Of a DNA stretch of 64,000 bases, positions 8,731-18,232 are shown piece after piece. Every line of letters begins with the position of its first letter. Position 1 is the first letter of the stretch. The position numbers and the translations under genes are program-made. A model generated the notes under the pieces. It made no database searches and was not told where the DNA came from. It was given only the letters and a program-made list of their open reading frames with translations. Source of the stretch: TPA_inf: Saccharomyces (lineage: Eukaryota); assembly GCA_000146045.2 (NCBI GenBank), contig BK006948.2, positions 928,001-992,000 on the forward strand. The letters run 5' to 3'.

Positions 8731-11349
8731 CTATGGTCTCCTATTATATTGGATTTGTAAAGCATCGACTTGCTGCTGCAATGACTGCAAGTTACCCAAA
8801 ATATCGCTTGAATTGGATCTATTAACATCTGCAGTGAATGGAAATTGCTGCTGCTGTTGCTGTTGCTGTTGATGAACTTGCTGCCCTAGCATTCCGTAAT
8901 TAGGCTTGTTAGGTTGGCTATGTATATCACTGTTGTTTAAGTGAAGTTGCCCCGGATGTTGTTGCATTTGAGAAAGTTGGCCACCATATATTCGTTGTTG
9001 AGTTTGTTGTTGTTGTTGCTGCTGAATATACGTCTGATGAGATTGAGTATTGTTCATTGCCGCACTAGTATTTTGGAATGAACTTATGCCATTACTGGCG
9101 TTATTGCCATTAACAGTAGACGCATTTGATGGCGTAGGATTTGGAGATGGTGAAGAAGAAAGTAAAGATTGAAAGTAACTATTAGCAGCATTCTGAGGTG
9201 ACAAAAAATTTGGAGATTGTATGCTTGGTGAATTTGTATAGGAGGGTTGGGTCGGCACCAAATTATTCTGCTTTTGCACGTTAGAGTACATATGTTGAGG
9301 TGGCACAATGGCCCCTTGTTGCTGCTGCTGAGCGCGTGGAGGTGGAGGAGGTGGAAGATGTTGGGGCTGCTGTTGATTATTAGTATACGTATTCTGGGGG
9401 GATATCATTGTTGCTTGATTATTGGAATAAGTATGTTGCGGAGAAAGAATGGGCTGATTTTGAGTGAAGGTATTTTGTGGAGATATCAATTGCGACCGTT
9501 GGTGCTGCGGGATCGTATTTTGAGGAGAAAGCAAATGCGATTGCTGATGTTGAGGAAGAGTGTTTTGAGGGGGGAATGCACCAGTTATTTCTACTTTCGG
9601 CATGGATACGATGTTACCATTATTAATCCGAACATTGTTAGAGTAGGTGTGTTGAGGCGATATGTTAGATGGTTCAATTTTCGCTTGAGTCGGATTAACC
9701 TCTTGGTAAGGTTGCTGTTGATTGCTTTGAGGAAGAGTAATGTTCGGAGAATTCAGAAATGCTGGTCCTGTACTTTGTGGAGATGAAGATTGGTTCGTAA
9801 ATTGCGCCTGAAACATCGAAGATACTGGGTTATTAACTGAAGGTGAGATATGCTGTTTCATCAAGTAATTTGCAGAACCTGTGGCGGTAGGTTTCAAAGG
9901 TTGAAGTCCCCCAGAGTTTGTAACTGTTTCTGGTGTACTCGAAGGTTTGATAGACTGAGGTTGTTCCATATGACTTCGCATCAAATAATTTGCAGAGCCC
10001 GTTGCTGTTGGTTTTAAAGGTTGTAAACCTGTTTGGATGGCACCGTTGCTTGGATGCAACCCCTGATTATATTCTTCTCGCACCAGGTGATTAGCTGAAC
10101 CTGTGGCGGTTGGCTTCAAAGGTTCTAACGGAAGTTGCTGTGGAACAGTGGTGTTATTCACATTGCTAGTTGGTAGAGTATTGCCATTCTGTAAAAATAC
10201 CGATGAAATTGGCAATGAGGCAGAATCAACAGTCTGTATTTGTTTGAAATGGGACAAGGAATCCTTCATATCCTCCAAAACTTTCTTCTCCTCCTCAGTT
10301 TCTTGTTGTTCGCTGGGCAAACTCGAAACTAATCCGCTGTTTTTTCTCCGCTTATATAGCCTCTTTAATAATTGATCCATGGGCAATGTGAAATCCAAAG
10401 GACTGTCATTATTAGAATCCTGATCTTCATCTTCTGCATCAGGATCTTGCTTTCTTGCTTCACTATTATTAGATGATTCTTGATTGAGGTTTGGAGGGTC
10501 TTGAAATGTTATATGCTCTGAAAACCTAACCTTCTTACTCTTAAAATTCAAATTTTTGATTCTTCTCCTGACTCTTTTTCTCGTTGTCTTACCAGTCAAC
10601 AGCAATGAAGCAAATGAGTCAAAATCGACCTTTTGATCACCAGTTTTGGCAGAACTATCATCGTCTTCCACCTCCTCGTACACCTCTTCGTGATTCTCAC
10701 TACTTAGGATAGGACGTGGTTTGGGAACAGGTGCCTTTTCCAAGATCATGCGTCTTAGAGGTAAGATGCCATATATAATAGCTCTAGAAACTAATCTTAA
10801 AACAGCGAAAAATTGACCAATATTTAACGCATTTTTACAGCTACGGAAAATTTCCACAATTCTATCTTTTACTTTTTGTGATAAATTAAAATTGGTCAAG
10901 AACCTAAACACGTCGTTCAATCTTACTAGTTTTCCATGGGTTCTCAAACATATATAGTGGTACCATCTTAGATATGTCCTTATTTCTTCATGGGTAAGTT
11001 GGTTTTGTGATAAAGACAATGGGACTTGCATGTCTTCTGGTGACTCCGCGTACACATCGCCTCCAGAAAGTGTTCGTACCTCCCCATTAGGTGGATTATC
11101 CTTTTGAGGAGAGCTCACGTTAGTGGCATTATCAGCTGCTGTATTTGAGTGATTATTTCTGTAAGACAAAGTTGTATCACTGTGACTTCTTGATCCCTGA
11201 TCCCAAAAGCTGGAATCATGTGGAGCAGCAGTATTTATACCAAAATCAAAAGACACACTGGGTGGTCCTAATCCATTCGATGGCCTCTTTTCTGCTTGGT
11301 CCCCGCTGCTTAAGTCCAATCCCGGAACATTAAGCCAATCAAACGACAT
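8731..11349 (-). CDS. SCD5: Scd5, a PP1 (Glc7) targeting subunit involved in cortical actin and endocytosis, 872 aa.
   Basis: It has an ATG start and encodes 872 aa. The KKVRF PP1-binding motif is at nt 10522-10536. There are three copies of a roughly 20-aa repeat ([17 protein letters not shown]) spaced 40 aa apart, then a Q/N/P-rich C-terminal region with polyQ and polyP runs. Confidence 0.9.
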
Positions 11350-11620
11350 GTTTCGTTACCATGTAAAATTTATCGAGCCTGCAATGATCTATAAAATCTT
11401 AGCTAACGAGAAGATGCAGATAATTTGGGTTTTGAATTCCTATTTTGAATTCTACCTTTTGTTTTGTCCCCGTTTCCTAATGTTAACTCTTTTTCTAATA
11501 GGGGCAACTTACTTTTGTTTTCTCATTTGGCGAAAAAAAGTAAGTAGAAATAAATAAAAAAATAATATTATAATGTGCTGTATATATAAATACAAATGCG
11601 AAAGCTAATGCAGATTTTGC

Positions 11621-14600
11621 CTAGTACTCTCTAGAAATAGTAATGTCCCTTTCCAGCTCAACCAAATTTCTATTTGTAGTGCTTGACTTCCTTGCCGGCA
11701 ATTTTTTGGAATGTACTGCTTTCGCAGTCTTTCTTATTGGCGATGATGATGCCGTTCTTGCTTGTGATGGTTTCTTTTTATAATTAGATTTGTCGTTCAG
11801 AACGTCGTCAATCACTCCATCTATAGGAATATTAAAGAATTGTTTTTCTGTCTCCAAAGTATAGTCTAACGGTTTATTTGCACATTCATAGAACGCTTCA
11901 AATGCCTTCCTGCCACCATACACTCTTTTGTACTTCCTTTCCATAGGCGTGGTATTCTTTTTTCTGGTTAATTTTTTCTTATTTTCGTCATCTATCCTGT
12001 TTTCCTTCTTTCTCCTGTTCTCCAGCAATTGCTTTTCTGGGATTGCTGAATCGTTAGCAATTTTATGAAGTGTGGGATAATCTGGCATATTGACAGGTAA
12101 TCTGATTCGTTGATCAGCTTTGGCATTTTTGGTACCATCTAAAAAATTGGATCCCATAATACGTACTTTAGTCCTTTTGCCCTTCTCGACATCCTTTATA
12201 TAGTCTAGGAGGCTGTACTCTGCAGTGTTCCCATCTCTAGCGTATTCTTTGGATGTACACTCCCGCAGATACTCATCTTCTAGCCGATTCACATCGCGCT
12301 TATCTGACTGGACTTGCATCGCAAGAAAATATTTTAAGAACTCTGGAGTATAAGATTTATTATATTCTTCAAATACAGGTTCTCTGTAGTTATAGGCATA
12401 TTGTGATACTTTGCTGTCGATATCGAGATTTGGTTTACCCAATTTACTATTGGATTTGTCTAGCAGTTGATTGATATCAAGCGCCTCCCCATGAGGAATG
12501 GCGGTTTTGTTCGAGGGGGTTATGCAGTCCATATTGACTTCTTTACGTATGACAGAATCAATATCTACTTGCGAGAAAAAGGCACAGTTTTGCGGTAATT
12601 CATTTATCCCCATTTGCTGGCAAAACATTGCTCTCGTCCATATGTTGCTGATTTGCAAAGCCATAGCAGCTCTGTATTTGTCCTTTTCGCTCACCAAAAA
12701 TCTAATCTCATCATGGATGGAAATGCAAAGCCTTGCCTCAAGGTTATATTTCTTAATAATATATTCCATGGAGCAACAAAGAAGATGTAGATAATCCACT
12801 CCAGATGACTGGATGGCCCAATTGATTCTTGAAGGTAGAAAGGAATTCGCCCTCAGATTTTTCTTCATAAGTGAATAGGTAATACCACATCCCAGTACCG
12901 GTGTCTTTGGAGTTTCTTGTTCCGCGATGCTTTCTAATTTATTGAATAGAATTGACTCAGATCCACCATACCAAAATTTTTTGAATAATTTTGATCTTTT
13001 CGTTTTACCTTTCGTATTTTCATATAACTTATTCGCAATTTTTTTTGTCTCTTCATCAGTTAGAGATGGGTTAAACCTTTTAAGTAACTGACTCGCAAAT
13101 TTAGCACCAGCGCCGTAAATTCTACCATAATTAAAAATTTTCGCCTCATTACGAGAACACCCCAAAATTTGAGCAGTCTTCGTGTGCAAATCTGTACCTT
13201 CGTTTTTAGTGCCTTCTAAACACATCCAACCAATGGCGGTACCACCATGAACATTGAAAATGGAGTCACCGACTAAAGATGCTATCCACAATTCCTCACT
13301 ATCCACGTCCGCCCCAACAAAACAATAACCTGGAGGAGCTTTGACTTGAGTTTTCAATTCGGAACCTATCCTATTTGCTTTTGCATTGGATGCGGTTAAC
13401 CACGCATTTTCCACAGCTCTTCTAGTGATTGTGCCCATGGGGACGATTTTCGGTATAATTATGGCAAGATCATTTGTCTTCTCATTATTTAACGACGATT
13501 TTGCGGACAAAGACTGGAACTCATTAGGGAATTTACAACTGGGGACTACAAATTGGGATTGGATTCTTTCCCTTGCTGACATCCAATAAGACCCTGAAGA
13601 GTTAATTTGTAAAGCCTGATGAGCCAATTCTGACTCAGATTTTAGTACGCCCTTTTCAAAAAAATGGTTATACGATTTGGTTAAAAGATTAGTGCAATTA
13701 AAAGTCGGCCCATTGGGATGAGGTACTTTGAAAAGAACACCTGTGCATTGCAATCCTAGGTTATGCGTTCTTATTTCCTCTTCCTCTTGAGATACGCTAT
13801 CTGCCAAAACATAATTTTTAGCCTTGTATGTTTCTACTTGTTCATGGGGCACGTTGAAGCACCATCCAGACTCCTTCGACCATATTACGGGGGAATTCTC
13901 CCACGATAACTTGAACAAAATCGGAATTATTCTTGATTTAATAGTGATCTTAGGTTCTACAGTGTCCTTTGAGGGAAAAAGTTGTCTATACCATTCTGGA
14001 AAGCCGGGCAGCTTTTGACACTTTGCAGGAACACCTTTCTTTGTCAATCTTAAAGGTTTGGTGGTCCAATCCAATTGTGATAACCAGGGATCCTTGAGAT
14101 AAAAATCTGGTTTGTCCTTCAACAGGACGATATCTTTTATGATTTGAACAATTTTGGATTCTATCTGGACTTTGGACTGTTGGTACAAAGACTCAGAGCT
14201 GTTCAAGTAATCATTCCAGTCGTTTAGCTTCGTCGGCAGAATGCATTTGCTTAAGGACTTTAAACCTGCAAACGAAACTGGATGAGGACACTTTTTCAGG
14301 AAAACAGGGAAAATCTCATCAAACACTTGGCTTGTGGCCGTTACGTCAGTGGCGCAGTAGTTGACCAGTTTTTGGAAATTTTCTATTATCGTTGATTTAT
14401 CTGTGGAAGCAAAGAAATCTCTATCAGTCTTATCAAGATCTATCTTGCAGTGAAATTTCGCTACATCCTTTAGCGAGTTTAAAGCAGACACATTTAACCA
14501 AGGGTCGTCATAATCTTCTATGGAAATTTCTGGATGTACTTCCGATTCCACTTCTGCCTCTTTTTTCTTGTTATTCTTCATGAACATCGGACGTTGTCTT

Positions 14601-15385
14601 GAACACAGCCCGAAAGATGCAATATGCAGAGATTGAGTGTCGAGGAAAAACGCCTTCGAGTCCCTGAAGTTGTATTCTTCGAGAACCCGTGCCCTATCAT
14701 ACGCAACATTGTGACCAATTATTACTTGCTCTTTATTCAATGTGTTTAGGGGTATCAGTGCAGCAGGATCATCACCACCACATATGAACGGCGAACACCA
14801 AAGGTACCACGCCGTCGATGACAAGGCCGTGGCCAAAGTCGGATAGTCAGAGACGTTATAGAGTGTTTCTACATCAAACACCACCAGCTCTTCGTCTGGG
14901 TATGCCACTTCGACGGGTGCCATTCCAGGTACGTATTTAACCCAGCCTGGCTTCCGCAGCCATTCCGCCGGTCGTGCCACCATCTCCGTGAACTTGTCCT
15001 CGCAAAAACTCTTGTACGGTTCAGAATTGAAACGCCCAATCTTCTGGAAATGCTCATCTAGCGACCTGCCTTGTAGTGGCGGCAGAGGAAACGATATTGG
15101 ATCCGTGATGAGCGTCTTCTTCCCCCACAACCCATGGTCCTTTAGCGACTTTTTCGATAACTCCATAAGTTTGTCGCTTTGCTCCACCTCATCTTTACCA
15201 CCGCAACTACCAAATACCTGTCTTTGCAAAGACTCACCTAAATACTGTATCCCCACAGGATTAATCCTGGGTGCTTCTGCGGTATTCTTCTTTGTGGAGA
15301 ACCATCGAGCACAAAACTGCACACGCAGCGGCCGCCGCCGCACCATTCGCAGCATGCATTCAGATCTAACCATCAATTTCGTCAT
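11621..15385 (-). CDS. MIP1: Mitochondrial DNA polymerase gamma catalytic subunit. I call it as 1254 aa starting at MTKLMVRSECMLRMVRRR. An in-frame ATG 26 codons upstream at 15463 would give the 1280 aa shown in the ORF track.
   Basis: The 3'-5' exonuclease motif Exo I (FDVETLY) and the family-A polymerase motifs, including HDEIRFLV, are present. The arginine-rich N-terminal presequence begins at the second Met. The gene is divergent from VMA4. Confidence 0.88.
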   Translation of the reverse strand: MTKLMVRSECMLRMVRRRPLRVQFCARWFSTKKNTAEAPRINPVGIQYLGESLQRQVFGSCGGKDEVEQSDKLMELSKKSLKDHGLWGKKTLITDPISFPLPPLQGRSLDEHFQKIGRFNSEPYKSFCEDKFTEMVARPAEWLRKPGWVKYVPGMAPVEVAYPDEELVVFDVETLYNVSDYPTLATALSSTAWYLWCSPFICGGDDPAALIPLNTLNKEQVIIGHNVAYDRARVLEEYNFRDSKAFFLDTQSLHIASFGLCSRQRPMFMKNNKKKEAEVESEVHPEISIEDYDDPWLNVSALNSLKDVAKFHCKIDLDKTDRDFFASTDKSTIIENFQKLVNYCATDVTATSQVFDEIFPVFLKKCPHPVSFAGLKSLSKCILPTKLNDWNDYLNSSESLYQQSKVQIESKIVQIIKDIVLLKDKPDFYLKDPWLSQLDWTTKPLRLTKKGVPAKCQKLPGFPEWYRQLFPSKDTVEPKITIKSRIIPILFKLSWENSPVIWSKESGWCFNVPHEQVETYKAKNYVLADSVSQEEEEIRTHNLGLQCTGVLFKVPHPNGPTFNCTNLLTKSYNHFFEKGVLKSESELAHQALQINSSGSYWMSARERIQSQFVVPSCKFPNEFQSLSAKSSLNNEKTNDLAIIIPKIVPMGTITRRAVENAWLTASNAKANRIGSELKTQVKAPPGYCFVGADVDSEELWIASLVGDSIFNVHGGTAIGWMCLEGTKNEGTDLHTKTAQILGCSRNEAKIFNYGRIYGAGAKFASQLLKRFNPSLTDEETKKIANKLYENTKGKTKRSKLFKKFWYGGSESILFNKLESIAEQETPKTPVLGCGITYSLMKKNLRANSFLPSRINWAIQSSGVDYLHLLCCSMEYIIKKYNLEARLCISIHDEIRFLVSEKDKYRAAMALQISNIWTRAMFCQQMGINELPQNCAFFSQVDIDSVIRKEVNMDCITPSNKTAIPHGEALDINQLLDKSNSKLGKPNLDIDSKVSQYAYNYREPVFEEYNKSYTPEFLKYFLAMQVQSDKRDVNRLEDEYLRECTSKEYARDGNTAEYSLLDYIKDVEKGKRTKVRIMGSNFLDGTKNAKADQRIRLPVNMPDYPTLHKIANDSAIPEKQLLENRRKKENRIDDENKKKLTRKKNTTPMERKYKRVYGGRKAFEAFYECANKPLDYTLETEKQFFNIPIDGVIDDVLNDKSNYKKKPSQARTASSSPIRKTAKAVHSKKLPARKSSTTNRNLVELERDITISREY

Positions 15386-15655
15386 ACTTGTCCCTCGTTG
15401 CTCAACAACTACATATAATCCCCATCTCGACCTCTTCTTTAGAACCGTTCTTTCGTAGTCCATACCTATTGTTGTTTACTGAGTATCGGCTAAAAGTGCG
15501 CCCGAGGTCACCCGCCACGGAGAGGGGCGAAAGCGGCCATTTCGATAAGAACTCACGCTATATATCAGCAAAGAACAATAGCAGTTGCAAGAAAAGTTGT
15601 TTGTAACTGTTTTACAAAAGAGGCACAGAACAGGCCACGCACCATCCGATACAGC

Positions 15656-16357
15656 ATGTCCTCCGCTATTACTGCTTTGACACCAAACCAAGTGAACGAT
15701 GAATTGAACAAGATGCAAGCTTTCATCAGAAAGGAAGCTGAAGAAAAAGCGAAGGAAATCCAATTGAAGGCTGACCAAGAGTACGAAATCGAGAAGACCA
15801 ACATCGTAAGAAATGAAACCAACAACATTGACGGCAACTTCAAGAGCAAGTTGAAGAAGGCCATGCTTTCGCAACAGATTACTAAGTCAACGATAGCAAA
15901 CAAAATGAGGTTGAAGGTTCTTTCTGCTCGTGAACAGTCGCTAGACGGGATATTCGAGGAAACCAAGGAAAAGTTGTCAGGAATTGCCAACAACCGGGAC
16001 GAGTACAAGCCCATTTTGCAATCATTGATCGTGGAGGCACTTTTGAAGTTGTTGGAACCTAAGGCGATTGTCAAGGCTCTTGAAAGAGACGTCGATTTAA
16101 TCGAGTCGATGAAGGACGACATTATGCGTGAGTATGGGGAAAAGGCCCAGCGCGCACCATTGGAAGAGATTGTTATCTCCAATGATTACTTGAACAAAGA
16201 CCTTGTTTCCGGCGGTGTTGTGGTCTCCAATGCATCAGACAAGATTGAAATTAACAACACTTTGGAGGAAAGATTGAAATTGTTAAGTGAAGAGGCATTG
16301 CCCGCCATCAGATTGGAATTGTATGGTCCTTCCAAGACAAGAAAGTTCTTTGATTGA
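15656..16357 (+). CDS. VMA4: V-ATPase V1 subunit E, 233 aa.
   Basis: It has an ATG start and encodes 233 aa. The N-terminal sequence [47 protein letters not shown] is characteristic of subunit E. Confidence 0.93.
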
Positions 16358-16458
16358 TCGACCAGCAGCTTGTATACCTACATACTTACATATACACTCC
16401 TAACAGATTTTTTTTTGTATGTTGTTCTTTCCTCTGTGGTGGTCCAGTCTTTTGTCTC

Positions 16459-16463
16459 TTTTT

Positions 16464-16496
<33 letters not shown>

Positions 16497-16497
16497 T
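16459..16497 (+). repeat. Poly(dT) tract of about 39 nt, with a single C interruption, between VMA4 and MRS2.
   Basis: This is a homopolymeric T run. Such tracts are typical nucleosome-excluding elements in promoters and 3' UTRs. Confidence 0.8.
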
Positions 16498-16595
16498 GCA
16501 GCATTATGATAGAACAATAGGGCTCAAGATCGCACCAAGGCTAACAGTAACGGTATACGCAATCGTAGTGAAAGTGATTTTCAATCAAGCATCTC

Positions 16596-18008
16596 ATGAA
16601 TCGGCGTCTCCTGGTACGTTCTATATCTTGTTTCCAACCTTTGTCGAGAATAACTTTTGGAAGACCAAACACGCCATTTCTTAGAAAGTATGCTGACACA
16701 TCCACTGCTGCAAACACCAACAGCACCATATTGCGGAAACAGTTACTATCGTTGAAGCCCATTTCTGCCTCTGATTCACTGTTCATTTCGTGTACGGTAT
16801 TCAATTCTAAGGGAAATATTATCTCAATGTCCGAGAAGTTTCCTAAATGGTCCTTTTTAACTGAACATTCCCTTTTCCCCAGAGACCTGAGGAAAATAGA
16901 TAACTCCTCTATTGATATTATTCCAACCATCATGTGTAAGCCAAACTGTATTGTCATCAACTTATTGCATATCAAAGCTCTTATCGAACGAGATAAGGTC
17001 TACGTCTTCGATACAACAAACCCTTCCGCCGCTGCCAAACTGAGTGTACTTATGTATGACTTGGAGTCTAAGTTGTCCTCCACCAAGAATAACTCTCAAT
17101 TTTACGAGCATAGAGCCCTCGAGAGTATTTTCATCAACGTAATGAGCGCACTGGAAACAGATTTCAAGCTTCACTCACAAATCTGTATTCAAATCTTAAA
17201 TGATCTGGAAAACGAGGTCAATAGACTTAAACTGCGGCATCTTTTAATTAAGTCCAAAGATCTTACGCTTTTTTACCAAAAAACTTTATTGATTAGAGAT
17301 CTATTAGATGAACTATTAGAAAACGACGATGATTTAGCAAACATGTACTTGACAGTTAAGAAGTCTCCTAAGGACAATTTTTCGGACTTGGAAATGCTTA
17401 TAGAGACGTACTACACCCAATGTGATGAATACGTTCAGCAATCAGAATCTTTGATTCAGGATATCAAATCTACTGAAGAAATTGTCAACATCATATTGGA
17501 CGCAAATAGAAATTCCTTAATGTTGTTGGAGTTGAAAGTTACCATCTACACGTTGGGATTCACAGTAGCATCTGTTCTGCCGGCATTCTATGGTATGAAT
17601 TTAAAGAATTTCATCGAGGAGAGTGAATGGGGGTTTACTTCAGTGGCGGTATTTTCTATTGTTTCTGCCCTTTATATCACCAAGAAAAATTTTAATTCTT
17701 TAAGATCCGTGACAAAGATGACCATGTATCCAAACTCACCCGCAAACTCCAGTGTGTATCCTAAAACATCAGCGTCTATTGCCCTGACAAATAAACTAAA
17801 GCGAAGGCGGAAGTGGTGGAAATCAACCAAGCAGCGGTTGGGAGTGCTACTTTATGGCAGCAGCTACACTAATAAGGCTAACCTGTCGAATAATAAGATT
17901 AATAAAGGTTTTTCAAAGGTGAAGAAATTTAACATGGAGAATGATATTAAGAACAAGCAGAACAGAGATATGATTTGGAAATGGTTGATAGAAGACAAGA
18001 AAAATTGA
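16596..18008 (+). CDS. MRS2: Mitochondrial inner-membrane Mg2+ channel of the CorA/Mrs2 family, 470 aa.
   Basis: It has an ATG start and encodes 470 aa. The signature GMN motif (FYGMNLKNF) lies between two C-terminal transmembrane helices. It has a mitochondrial presequence-like N-terminus. Confidence 0.9.
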   Translation: MNRRLLVRSISCFQPLSRITFGRPNTPFLRKYADTSTAANTNSTILRKQLLSLKPISASDSLFISCTVFNSKGNIISMSEKFPKWSFLTEHSLFPRDLRKIDNSSIDIIPTIMCKPNCIVINLLHIKALIERDKVYVFDTTNPSAAAKLSVLMYDLESKLSSTKNNSQFYEHRALESIFINVMSALETDFKLHSQICIQILNDLENEVNRLKLRHLLIKSKDLTLFYQKTLLIRDLLDELLENDDDLANMYLTVKKSPKDNFSDLEMLIETYYTQCDEYVQQSESLIQDIKSTEEIVNIILDANRNSLMLLELKVTIYTLGFTVASVLPAFYGMNLKNFIEESEWGFTSVAVFSIVSALYITKKNFNSLRSVTKMTMYPNSPANSSVYPKTSASIALTNKLKRRRKWWKSTKQRLGVLLYGSSYTNKANLSNNKINKGFSKVKKFNMENDIKNKQNRDMIWKWLIEDKKN

Positions 18009-18232
18009 AAGGCGATTATCATGATAAACTATACAATATTATTAGCATAAACCTGTATATATACATATGTAAGAAAAAAGGGTATTTAAAACTCTTTTTA
18101 ACAGCAAATCTTTTGTCCTTGTAAAAACATAAATAATTAAACTAAGACTAATTATACAATGACACTTTTTTATTAAGAGCAAAATAAACAAAAAGAACTC
18201 CTATGCATTATTTTTCGTTTTATTTTAACTTC

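Noticed and set aside
9247-9786. A 179-aa plus-strand ORF inside SCD5, plus several other internal antisense ORFs in the track (for example 37037-37327 in RPA190 and 45770-46084 in TYB).
   Set aside because: They are antisense translations of low-complexity or repeat coding sequence (the Q/N-rich or acidic Ser/Asp stretches). They are Leu/Arg- or Ser-rich artifacts.
15565-16182. A 205-aa ORF antisense to VMA4 (the YOR331C position) and a 144-aa ORF at 16541-16975 antisense to the MRS2 5' end (the YOR333C position).
   Set aside because: Both fully overlap well-supported genes on the opposite strand. They have low-complexity hydrophobic or Ser-rich composition and no recognisable domains. They are typical dubious ORFs.
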